NCBI GenBank assembly: GCA_038043245.1 | Contig: JBBTCH010000003.1 | Coordinates: forward strand, 100,601 to 164,600 | From: Pseudomonadota bacterium | GTDB taxonomy: Bacteria; Pseudomonadota; Gammaproteobacteria; Nevskiales; Nevskiaceae | Reading direction: 5' to 3' | DNA: 64,000 nucleotides | In this document: positions 26,243-34,443 of the stretch, one piece after another | Position numbering within the stretch: the stretch's first letter is position 1 | How the letters are laid out: every line of letters starts with the position of its first letter | Program-made: the position numbers and the translations under genes | Notes under the pieces: generated by a model | Databases searched by the model: none | What the model was told of the DNA's origin: nothing | Seen by the model: the letters and a program-made list of their open reading frames with translations, nothing else

Positions 26243-29200
26243 TTAGAGTTTTCCTTCCACCCAAGCCGTCACACTGGCAATCGCTTTCGGTAAATGCTCG
26301 GGCTGCGTTCCTCCAGCCTGCGCCATGTCGGGACGGCCGCCGCCCTTGCCACCGACCTGGCCGGCGACGAAGTTCACCAGTTCACCCGCCTTCACTTTCG
26401 CGGTGAGATCGGCGGTGACGCCGGCAATCAGGCTGGCTTTGCCGTCGCTGGCTGAGCCGAGCAGGATGATGGCTGAGCCCAGCTTGTTCTTGAGCTGGTC
26501 CATCAGCGTGCGCAATCCATCTCCGTCCATGCCGTCCACCTGCGCGGCGAGCAGCTTCACGCCCTTGATCTCTTTTACCTGCGCAGACAGGTCATCACCG
26601 GCGCTCGACGCCAGCTTGCCTTTGAGCGCGGCCAGTTCCTTTTCCAGTGTTTTGGTGCGCTCCAGCGCCTGCTGGATTTTTTCCGTCAGGTCATCGGGGT
26701 TGGCGCGCAATAATCCCGCTGCATCCTTCAGTTTGTTTTCAGTGGCCTGAACATAGGCGAGGGCGTTGGCGCCTGTGACCGCCTCGACACGGCGGATGCC
26801 GGCGGCGACGCCGCCTTCGCTGACGATCTTGAAAAGGCCGATGTCGCCGGTACGCGACACATGGGTGCCGCCGCAAAGCTCAGTGCTGAACTCGCCCATC
26901 TTCAGCACGCGCACTTCGTCGCCGTACTTTTCGCCAAACAACGCCATGGCGCCGGACTTGATCGCCTCGTCGTACTTCATCAGCGTCGCCGCGACCGGCA
27001 CGTTGGCCAGCACCGCCTGATTCACCTGTTTTTCAATCTCGGCGATTTCCTCTGGCTTTACCGGCTGATTGTGCGAAAAATCGAAGCGCGTGCGCGCGTC
27101 GTCCACCAGCGAGCCTTTCTGGCTGACGTGGGTACCGAGCACGTCGCGCAGCGCCGAATGCAGCAGGTGGGTGGCGGAATGGTTGCGCTTGGTCGCCTCG
27201 CGGCGCGCGACGTCAATTTCTGCGCTGACGGTGTCGCCGGTCTTCAGCGATCCGGATTTGAGTTTGCCGTTATGCGCAAAACCGCCGCCGGCGATTTTCT
27301 GCGTGTCGCTGACCTCAAAAATTAACCCCCTCTCCCCCTTGGGGGAGAGGGTTGGGGTGAGGGGGTTGCTGCTCACCGAGCGCCCCTCACCCTGGCCCTC
27401 TCCCCGTGAAACGGGGAGAGGGGAAGTAAGAGAGCCGGTATCACCAACCTGGCCGCCGGATTCGGCATAGAACGGCGTGTGGTCGAGCACCACCACGCCT
27501 TCGCCGCCGCCGGCGAGCTGATTCACTGGCTGCCCGTTCTTGTACAGCGCCACGACTTTGGCCTTGGCGAGCTTGGTTTCCTGATAACCCTCGAAGCAGG
27601 TTGCTGCGCCATCGTATTTCAGGGTTTCGTTGGCGCCGAACTTGCTGGCCGCACGGGCGCGCGTGCGCTGCGCATCCATCTCGCGCTCGTAGCCGGCCTC
27701 GTCCAGCTTCAGGTTGCGCTCGCGCGCGATGTCGGCGGTCAGGTCAATCGGGAATCCATAGGTGTCGTAGAGCTTGAAAACAAGCTTGCCACTAATGAGT
27801 TGCTTGGAGAGTTCATGCCGCGACACAAAGTGCAATCGAAATTTTGGGCTGATGCTAGCGAGGCATTGAGATATTTCTAAATTATTTGCAGTGGTATTGC
27901 CCTCGACAACTATGTAATTTATTTCCGCAAGGTTCTTGTCAATAAGCGAGTTCTCTAATAATTGACGCGCATCTGTAAGCGCCTGCCCACCGTTGAGATT
28001 GTCGTCAGCGACTACCGCAACCACCTGTATTTTCCTGCCATCCTTTTCTATGTAACCGTCGTAATAATTTTGATTTCGGTAACCTGCAAAGATATCGGCG
28101 TTATGTTTTTCGGCGAACGACATGAAACATCTTTTCGCTGGATGCAATTCTTCCTCGAGCAGCTTCATGCCCTTGTCGAGGGTGATGGCGAAGCTGTCCT
28201 CCTCGGCACGGATCGCTTTTTCGATGGACGCCTGCTGCTGACGCAGCTGCGGATAAGCCTCGCCCATGATTTCGGCGAGCGGCGCCACCAGCTTGAAGAA
28301 GAACGGCTCGTTGAGGCCCAGCTTGTAACCGTGGCGGATGCCACGACGCATGATCCGGCGCAGCACATAGCCGCGGCCTTCGTTGGACGGCAACACACCG
28401 TCGGCGATCAAAAAGCTGGTCGCGCGAATGTGATCGGCGATGACTTTCTGCGAGGCATTGGTGTGCGGCGCCTGCTTGGCCAGCTTGGCGACTGCGCCGA
28501 TCAGGTGCTTGAAAGTGTCGGTCTGGTAGTTGTCGTGCGTGCCTTGCATCAGCGCGCAGATGCGTTCCAGCCCCATGCCGGTATCCACGCTCGGCGCCGG
28601 CAGCTTCTTCAGCTGGCCGTCGCTGCCGCGCTCGAACTGCATGAACACCAGATTCCAGATCTCGATCCAGCGGTCGCCGTCCTCGTCCTTGCTGCCCGGC
28701 GGGCCGCCGGCGATTGCCGGGCCGTGGTCGTAGAAGATTTCGCTGCACGGGCCGCAGGGGCCGGTGTCGCCCATCGCCCAGAAATTGTCTGAAACGTATT
28801 TGGCACCTTTGTCGCCGATGCGCACAATGCGGTCAGCCGGCAGGCCGATCTCCTTGTGCCAGATGTCGTAGGCCTCGTCGTCGGACTCGTACACCGTGAC
28901 CAGCAGGCGCGACTTGTCGATGCCCAGCCACTGCTTATCGGTGATGAATTCCCACGCGAAATGAATGGCGTCCTTCTTGAAGTAGTCGCCGAAGCTGAAG
29001 TTGCCGAGCATCTCGAACAGGGTGTGATGGCGCGCGGTGTAGCCGACGTTCTCAAGATCGTTGTGCTTGCCGCCGGCGCGCACGCACTTCTGCGACGACG
29101 CCGCGCGCACATACGGGCGCTTGTCCTGGCCGGTGAAAACGTCCTTGAATGGCACCATGCCGGCGTTGGTGAACAGCAGCGTCGGGTCGTTGCCGGGCAC

Positions 29201-29281
29201 GAGCGAAGACGAGGGCACCACGGTGTGGCCCTTGCTCCTGAAAAACTCCAGGAATTTCGCTCGCAGCTCATTCGTATTCAT
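26243..29281 (-). CDS. alaS: Alanine--tRNA ligase carrying two in-frame insertions (1012 aa)
   Basis: [19 protein letters not shown]..., [31 protein letters not shown] and a C-Ala domain. About 135 aa longer than the ~875-aa bacterial norm (from memory). Confidence 0.95.
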   Translation of the reverse strand: MNTNELRAKFLEFFRSKGHTVVPSSSLVPGNDPTLLFTNAGMVPFKDVFTGQDKRPYVRAASSQKCVRAGGKHNDLENVGYTARHHTLFEMLGNFSFGDYFKKDAIHFAWEFITDKQWLGIDKSRLLVTVYESDDEAYDIWHKEIGLPADRIVRIGDKGAKYVSDNFWAMGDTGPCGPCSEIFYDHGPAIAGGPPGSKDEDGDRWIEIWNLVFMQFERGSDGQLKKLPAPSVDTGMGLERICALMQGTHDNYQTDTFKHLIGAVAKLAKQAPHTNASQKVIADHIRATSFLIADGVLPSNEGRGYVLRRIMRRGIRHGYKLGLNEPFFFKLVAPLAEIMGEAYPQLRQQQASIEKAIRAEEDSFAITLDKGMKLLEEELHPAKRCFMSFAEKHNADIFAGYRNQNYYDGYIEKDGRKIQVVAVVADDNLNGGQALTDARQLLENSLIDKNLAEINYIVVEGNTTANNLEISQCLASISPKFRLHFVSRHELSKQLISGKLVFKLYDTYGFPIDLTADIARERNLKLDEAGYEREMDAQRTRARAASKFGANETLKYDGAATCFEGYQETKLAKAKVVALYKNGQPVNQLAGGGEGVVVLDHTPFYAESGGQVGDTGSLTSPLPVSRGEGQGEGRSVSSNPLTPTLSPKGERGLIFEVSDTQKIAGGGFAHNGKLKSGSLKTGDTVSAEIDVARREATKRNHSATHLLHSALRDVLGTHVSQKGSLVDDARTRFDFSHNQPVKPEEIAEIEKQVNQAVLANVPVAATLMKYDEAIKSGAMALFGEKYGDEVRVLKMGEFSTELCGGTHVSRTGDIGLFKIVSEGGVAAGIRRVEAVTGANALAYVQATENKLKDAAGLLRANPDDLTEKIQQALERTKTLEKELAALKGKLASSAGDDLSAQVKEIKGVKLLAAQVDGMDGDGLRTLMDQLKNKLGSAIILLGSASDGKASLIAGVTADLTAKVKAGELVNFVAGQVGGKGGGRPDMAQAGGTQPEHLPKAIASVTAWVEGKL
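27326..27424. repeat. Triple-hairpin palindromic element inside the alaS coding sequence
   Basis: CCCTCTCCCCC-tt-GGGGGAGAGGG (27328-27351). GGGGTGAGGGG...CCCCTCACCC (27354-27392). CCCTCTCCCCG-tgaaa-CGGGGAGAGGG (27396-27422). Confidence 0.8.
27797..28135 (-). other. AT-rich in-frame insertion (~112 codons) within alaS
   Basis: Hand count gives 128 G+C in the 300 nt 27841-28140 (~43%), against the GC-rich remainder of the gene. The reading frame is uninterrupted. Confidence 0.8.
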
Positions 29282-29295
29282 AGCGGGCGCGAATC

Positions 29296-30165
29296 TTAGC
29301 GGACACCGCTCAGCAGTGCCCAGTTTTCGCGACTGGCGACAATCTTCAGCGCCACTTTCGGCGCATAGGCTTGGCGGATTTCTTTGGCTTGGTTTTTCAG
29401 CAAACCGGCCAGCGCAATCGGCCCACCTGCTTTCAGGCAGCGCGTGAGTTTTGGCGCCAGCTCAATCAGAGGATTGGCGAGGATGTTGGCGATGACGAGG
29501 TCGTGAGTCTTGGGCTTGAACTGGTGGGGCAGGCACACGCTCATTCGCTGCGCCACTTTATTGGCGCGGGCGTTGTTCAGCGTCGCCGTCGGCGCCTGCG
29601 GATCGAGGTCCACACCGACGGCGCGTGCCGCGCCAAGTTTCAGCGCGGCGATGGCGAGGATGCCGCTGCCGCAGCCGTAATCGAGCACGGTTTTGCCGCG
29701 CAGATCCTGCTGCGACAGCCATTCGAGACACAGTGCCGTGGTGGGATGCGCGCCGGTGCCAAAGGCCAGGCCAGGGTCGAGCTTCACCACCACCGCGTTT
29801 TTCGCCCTGACCTTGCGATGTGTCGGGCAGACCCAGAGGTTTTTGCCGAAGCGCACCGGCCGCATTTTCCTGCGGCTGGCAGCGATCCAGTCGCGGTCGG
29901 CGATGCGCTTGCGTTCAACGCGCGCGGATTTCCCGTCGGGCAGCAGCTCAAGCAACGCGGCTTGCGTGGCGTCGAGATTCTGTTTCTGCGGGAACAGACC
30001 AACGGTGCGCGTCTGTTTCCACAGCGGCATCTCGCCCGGCCAGGGTTCGAACTGCGGATCGTCCGCTGCGTCGCGGAAACTCACCGACAGCGCACCGTTC
30101 GCAAGCAGGATTTCCTCCGCGAATTGCGGATGACGGCTGAAAACCGAGAGTTCTATCCAGGACAT
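29296..30165 (-). CDS. prmA: Ribosomal protein L11 methyltransferase
   Basis: MSWIELSV..., SAM motif [20 protein letters not shown], and a conserved position after accBC. Confidence 0.9.
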   Translation of the reverse strand: MSWIELSVFSRHPQFAEEILLANGALSVSFRDAADDPQFEPWPGEMPLWKQTRTVGLFPQKQNLDATQAALLELLPDGKSARVERKRIADRDWIAASRRKMRPVRFGKNLWVCPTHRKVRAKNAVVVKLDPGLAFGTGAHPTTALCLEWLSQQDLRGKTVLDYGCGSGILAIAALKLGAARAVGVDLDPQAPTATLNNARANKVAQRMSVCLPHQFKPKTHDLVIANILANPLIELAPKLTRCLKAGGPIALAGLLKNQAKEIRQAYAPKVALKIVASRENWALLSGVR

Positions 30166-30180
30166 GGGTTAAATGAGCCC

Positions 30181-30300
30181 CACCCGCTTATGGGCATTTC
30201 ATGCCGTTTTCGGGCTCGCGATGAAAAACAGTGGTACTAAAAGTGTACCACCTGTTTTCTTGCAATCCCTGTTTCGGGCTTGAAAATGCCTCAAGCGGGT
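30181..30300. repeat. MITE-like element, copy B
   Basis: CACCCGCTTATGG ... GTGGTACTAAAAGTGTACCAC (30231-30251) ... CCTCAAGCGGGT. Confidence 0.7.
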
Positions 30301-30557
30301 TATCGATAAACGTCCTTGCGATGGCCGATTTTGATGACCTCGACGATCACCTGAGCATCGTAAATGTTGTACAGAATTCGATAATCGCCTTGGCGGATTC
30401 GATACTTCTCATCGCCAGAGAGTTTCTCCGAGCCGGGCGGCCGCGGATTGGTTTTGAGTGTCTCGGCTTTCGCGAGAATGCGCTGGACGTCGGCCTTCGG
30501 CAGGCCGCGCAGATCCTTGGCTACCGAGGCCTTGTAGCGCAACTCATAAATCGCCAT
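30300..30557 (-). CDS. RelE/ParE-family type II toxin
   Basis: 85 aa. YRIRQGDYRILYNIYDAQVIVEVIKIGHRKDVYR is typical of the ParE/RelE fold. Overlaps the antitoxin gene by 14 nt. Confidence 0.8.
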   Translation of the reverse strand: MAIYELRYKASVAKDLRGLPKADVQRILAKAETLKTNPRPPGSEKLSGDEKYRIRQGDYRILYNIYDAQVIVEVIKIGHRKDVYR

Positions 30558-30777
30558 TGGCCTTGAGTTTCTTCAGCAGTTCCTCATAGCTAAGACTCTT
30601 TTCATGCTTGCGTTCGTCGAACGCCGCGAGGTCGTCGAAATCTTCCTTGAGCGCTTGGCGTAGCGCAGCGGACACCAGATCAGAAATGGACTTGTGCGTG
30701 CTGGCCGCTTTCAGGCGCAGGGCCTGATGTACGGCCGGATCGAGGTAGACGGTGGCGCGAGTGAGGGTGGCTTGCAT
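30544..30777 (-). CDS. Ribbon-helix-helix type antitoxin
   Basis: MQATLTRATVYLDPAVHQALRLKAASTHKSISDLVSAAL, immediately upstream of the toxin. The ORF track starts at 30816; the ATG at 30777 is preferred. Confidence 0.7.
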   Translation of the reverse strand: MQATLTRATVYLDPAVHQALRLKAASTHKSISDLVSAALRQALKEDFDDLAAFDERKHEKSLSYEELLKKLKANGDL

Positions 30778-30819
30778 GAAGTGCCTTGACGTTATGACGT
30801 CAAAGCACTTTAACACGGG

Positions 30820-32181
30820 TCAAGCGGGTGTCGGCGCAGGCAGGTTTTTCAGCATCTCTTCGAGATGGTGAATGTGGTGTTCACCCTTCTGAAAGGTCTT
30901 GTCCTCAAGGATGCGCAATTGCAGTTCGGTATTGGTCTGAATCCCTTCGACGATCAGTTCTTCGAGCGCGGTGCGCATGCGCGCGATGGCCGATTCGCGG
31001 GTGTTGCCATAGGCGATCAGCTTGCCGATCATCGAGTCGTAATTGGGCGGCACGGTATAGCCGGCGTAGAGGTGGGAGTCGAGGCGGATGCCGGGACCGC
31101 CCGGCGCGTGGTACTTGGTGACGAGGCCCGGTGACGGCGCGAACGTGCGCGGATTCTCGGCGTTGATGCGGCACTCGATGGCATGGCCGCGCGGCTTGAG
31201 TTTTTCCTGCCGCAGCGTCAGACGCTCGCCGGCGGCGATGCGAATCTGTTCCTGGATCAAATCCACGTCGTAAACGCGCTCAGTCACCGGATGCTCGACC
31301 TGGATGCGCGTGTTCATCTCGATGAAGTAGAACTGGTCGTTCTCATAGAGGAACTCCATGGTGCCGGCGCCGCGATAGCCGATGCGCTGGCAGGCGTCCA
31401 CACATAGCAGACCGATCTTCTGGCGCTGTTCGGCGCTGATGCCGGGCGCGGGCGATTCTTCCAGCACCTTCTGGTTGCGCCGCTGCATCGAGCAGTCGCG
31501 TTCGCCCAGGTGCACGACATAGCCGAAGGAATCCGCCAGCACCTGCACCTCGATATGGCGCGGCGTTTCCAGATATTTTTCGAGGAACACCGAACCGTCG
31601 CGGAACGCCGCCTGCGCCTCGGTGCGCGCGATCTGGATCTTCGCGATCAGTTCATCCTCGCTGCGCACCACCTGCATGCCGCGTCCGCCGCCGCCGGCCG
31701 CAGCCTTGATCAGCACCGGATAGCCGGTTTTCTTCGCTACTTTTTTGCACACCGCCTCGTCGTCCGGCAGCACGCCTTCGGAGCCCGGCACGCAAGGCAC
31801 GCCGGCGGCGATCATCTCGGCCTTGGCCGTGGTTTTGCCGCCCATCAAGCGGATGGTTTCGGACTTGGGGCCGATGAAGACGAAACCGCTTTTCTCGACC
31901 GACTCCGCGAAGTCCGCGTTCTCCGAGAGGAATCCGTAGCCCGGGTGGATCGCCTCGGCCTGGGTGACTTCGGCGGCGCTGATGATCGCGGCCATGTTGA
32001 GGTAGCTCTTGCCGGCCGGCGGCGGGCCGATGCACACCGATTCGTCGGCGAGCAGCACGTGCTTGAGGTCGCGGTCGGCGGTGGAATACACGGCGACGGT
32101 CTTGATGCCCATCTCGCGGCAGGCGCGCAGGATGCGCAGCGCGATCTCGCCGCGGTTGGCGATTAAAACTTTTTTGAACAT
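30820..32181 (-). CDS. accC: Acetyl-CoA carboxylase biotin carboxylase subunit
   Basis: [33 protein letters not shown]... Confidence 0.95.
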   Translation of the reverse strand: MFKKVLIANRGEIALRILRACREMGIKTVAVYSTADRDLKHVLLADESVCIGPPPAGKSYLNMAAIISAAEVTQAEAIHPGYGFLSENADFAESVEKSGFVFIGPKSETIRLMGGKTTAKAEMIAAGVPCVPGSEGVLPDDEAVCKKVAKKTGYPVLIKAAAGGGGRGMQVVRSEDELIAKIQIARTEAQAAFRDGSVFLEKYLETPRHIEVQVLADSFGYVVHLGERDCSMQRRNQKVLEESPAPGISAEQRQKIGLLCVDACQRIGYRGAGTMEFLYENDQFYFIEMNTRIQVEHPVTERVYDVDLIQEQIRIAAGERLTLRQEKLKPRGHAIECRINAENPRTFAPSPGLVTKYHAPGGPGIRLDSHLYAGYTVPPNYDSMIGKLIAYGNTRESAIARMRTALEELIVEGIQTNTELQLRILEDKTFQKGEHHIHHLEEMLKNLPAPTPA

Positions 32182-32610
32182 CTACTCAATCACGAACAGC
32201 GGCTGATCGAACTGCACCGGCGTTTCGTTCTCGACCAGGATGGCGGCGATGACGCCGCCCTTGTCGGCTTCGATCTGGTTAAGCATCTTCATCGCCTCGA
32301 TGATGCACAGGGTCTGGCCCTGTTTGACCGTCTGGCCGACTTCGACAAACGACTTGGCGCCGGGCGAAGGGCAGCGGTAGAAGGTGCCGACCATCGGCGC
32401 CTTGACGGTGTGGCGAGTGTCCACGGCCGGTTTCGCGGCTGCCGCCGGGGCAGGGGCGGCCGCTGCCGGCGCGGCATAAACCGGCGCCGCCACTGCGGCG
32501 CTGGAGGCGCGGCTGAGGCGGATGGATTCCTCGCCTTCCTTGACTTCAAGCTCGGAGAGGCCGGATTGCTCCAGCAATTCCATCAGGCTCTTTATTTTTC
32601 TGAGGTCCAT
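32182..32610 (-). CDS. accB: Biotin carboxyl carrier protein
   Basis: Ala/Pro linker and the [15 protein letters not shown] biotinylation motif. Confidence 0.95.
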   Translation of the reverse strand: MDLRKIKSLMELLEQSGLSELEVKEGEESIRLSRASSAAVAAPVYAAPAAAAPAPAAAAKPAVDTRHTVKAPMVGTFYRCPSPGAKSFVEVGQTVKQGQTLCIIEAMKMLNQIEADKGGVIAAILVENETPVQFDQPLFVIE

Positions 32611-33056
32611 TAGTGCGTCGTCGCGAGTTGATTGTGGGCCGCCAGCAGCGCCAGCCGGTAACCCTGGGCGCCGAGGCCGGAAATCACGCCGCGGGCGATG
32701 TCGGAGAAATAGCTGTGCCGGCGGAACGCTTCCCGCGAGTAGGGGTTGGACAGGTGCACTTCGATGAACGGAATCGCTACCGCCAGCAGGGCATCGCGCA
32801 GCGCCACGCTGGTGTGCGTGTAGCCACCCGGGTTGAACAGGATGTAACCGACGCTTTCACCCTTGGCCTGCTGGATACGCTCGACCAGCGCGCCTTCATG
32901 GTTGCTCTGGAAGCTGACCAGCTTGTGATTCAGTTTTTGTGCTTCGCCATTCAGTTCAGCCTCGATCTGCGGCAGCGAATGCACGCCGTAGATGCGTGGC
33001 TCGCGGCTGCCAAGCAGATTCAGGTTGGGGCCGTTAAGCAGCAGAATCAGACTCAT
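32610..33056 (-). CDS. aroQ: Type II 3-dehydroquinate dehydratase
   Basis: [20 protein letters not shown]...[12 protein letters not shown]...[15 protein letters not shown]. Confidence 0.95.
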   Translation of the reverse strand: MSLILLLNGPNLNLLGSREPRIYGVHSLPQIEAELNGEAQKLNHKLVSFQSNHEGALVERIQQAKGESVGYILFNPGGYTHTSVALRDALLAVAIPFIEVHLSNPYSREAFRRHSYFSDIARGVISGLGAQGYRLALLAAHNQLATTH

Positions 33057-33121
33057 GGTCTGGGCTCGTCAAATAGGGAGCGGCGAGTATGCCGAAGGGT
33101 TTCAGCGATGTATAGATGAAA

Positions 33122-33141
33122 GAAGTTGCGCGAAGTTGCGC
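33122..33141. repeat. Tandem 10-nt duplication GAAGTTGCGC x2
   Basis: Read directly in the aroQ-tlpA intergenic region. Confidence 0.5.
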
Positions 33142-33162
33142 ACATTTAATACGACTGAAACA

Positions 33163-33681
33163 TCACTTCAGATGCGTTTCGATCAACTGTTTAAGTTCTT
33201 CGCGGCTGAATTCGCCAGTCTGGCGATGCAGAACTTCGCCTGTCGGCGAAATCAGCACGGAAAACGGCAACCCATGCAATTTATCGCCGAGCGCGTCCAT
33301 CGCCGCAGCGGTTTCGCTGTCGCCGGCAAAAACCGGGTAGGGCAGTTGCGCCTTGTCTCGATACGCCCGCACCGCGTCGGGTTTATCCATCGCCGGGCCG
33401 AGCACTTGCAGGCCGCGCGCGCCGTAGGTTTTCCGTGCTTCGACCAGCAGCGGAATCTCGACGAGACAAGGGCCACACCAGGTGGCCCAGAAATTCACCA
33501 GTACCAGTTTGCCGCGATAGTCGGCGAGGGTGTGCGGCTTTCCTTCCAGATCGGTGAAGCGGATGTCTGCTGTTAAGACCGGCGCTGGCGTATCGCCCAG
33601 CCAGTAGCTTTGCAGCGCATATCCGCCGGTGCCGGCGGCGAGACACAGCAGGATCGCGAGAAAGCCGCTGCGAAAATTCAA
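33163..33681 (-). CDS. TlpA/DsbE-family periplasmic thiol:disulfide oxidoreductase (membrane-anchored thioredoxin)
   Basis: N-terminal TM anchor and the NFWATWCGPCLVEIP CxxC motif. Confidence 0.85.
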   Translation of the reverse strand: MNFRSGFLAILLCLAAGTGGYALQSYWLGDTPAPVLTADIRFTDLEGKPHTLADYRGKLVLVNFWATWCGPCLVEIPLLVEARKTYGARGLQVLGPAMDKPDAVRAYRDKAQLPYPVFAGDSETAAAMDALGDKLHGLPFSVLISPTGEVLHRQTGEFSREELKQLIETHLK

Positions 33682-34133
33682 GCCAACTTTTTCTTCGGCG
33701 CCACGCTAACGTTGAACTCACGTGTCTGCGGCGGATAACACAGGCCTTTCTTGGCACAGCCCTGATAAGTCACTTTCAACGTGCCCGTGCCGGTCGCGGG
33801 GATGCTGACGCGCAGGTCGGAGTCGTAGATCTCGGTGTCACCCAGCAGCTCGTCTTTATAAGGCTTGCCCTTGGGCAGCTTGATGGCGCCCAGTTTCAGC
33901 CCCGGCGACTGCGAGGCAAAGTTCAGGCGCACCTTGAAAAGATAGTGTTCCGGGGTCACGCGCCAGGCGACGGTCAGTTTGCCGTCCTTGGTTTCCACCG
34001 GCTGCAGTTCAAACGCCTGATCCACGGGCAGGAATTCCGGCTTTTCTGCCTTGAGCAGGTCGGCAGTCGCGCCGGTGCTGAAGAGGCTCAGCAGCAAAAC
34101 AAGAGAAATCATTCGCATGATTCGATTATCCAC
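33678..34133 (-). CDS. Stand-alone DsbD alpha (N-terminal) domain protein
   Basis: Signal peptide. FLPVDQAFEL and YQGCAKKGLCYPP match the nDsbD cysteine pair motif as I recall it. Its stop overlaps the tlpA start (ATGA). Confidence 0.75.
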   Translation of the reverse strand: MDNRIMRMISLVLLLSLFSTGATADLLKAEKPEFLPVDQAFELQPVETKDGKLTVAWRVTPEHYLFKVRLNFASQSPGLKLGAIKLPKGKPYKDELLGDTEIYDSDLRVSIPATGTGTLKVTYQGCAKKGLCYPPQTREFNVSVAPKKKLA

Positions 34134-34429
34134 TTCAAATAGGGGCGGTGTCCGCGCGCCATCTTGACCGCAATCACTTCCGGGAGTTCATACGGATGTC
34201 GTTTGAGCACGGCCGTCTTGAGTGCCTTGAATCGCGCGGACGTGGTTTTGATCACCAGCAGCGACTCGGTATCGACCCGCACCTTCTGTTTCCAGCGATA
34301 GACCGACTTTGCTGCCGGAATGATGTTCACGCAGGCGGCGAGGCGGTCCTCAATGAGGCTGCGAGCCAGTTTTTCGCATTTCGCCGGCGGGCAGCTGACG
34401 AATACCATGAGAACATTCGCGTTCATCAT
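34109..34429 (-). CDS. cutA: Divalent-cation tolerance protein CutA
   Basis: VLMVFVSCP...LIEDRLAACVNIIP...SVYRWKQKV...LLVIKT...HPYELPEVIAV. Confidence 0.85.
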   Translation of the reverse strand: MMNANVLMVFVSCPPAKCEKLARSLIEDRLAACVNIIPAAKSVYRWKQKVRVDTESLLVIKTTSARFKALKTAVLKRHPYELPEVIAVKMARGHRPYLKWIIESCE

Positions 34430-34443
34430 CCAAGAATATCGCA

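Noticed and set aside
27326-27424. CRISPR-like appearance of repeated G/C-rich palindromes
   Set aside because: There is no regular repeat-spacer periodicity and no array. The hairpins form a single composite element inside a coding sequence, and no cas genes occur in the window.
27797-28135. Intein hypothesis for the alaS insertion
   Set aside because: A Cys (CFMSF) lies near the N-terminal boundary. However, there is no C-terminal His-Asn followed by Cys/Ser/Thr and there are no recognisable splicing blocks. At ~112 aa it is also shorter than known mini-inteins as I recall them.
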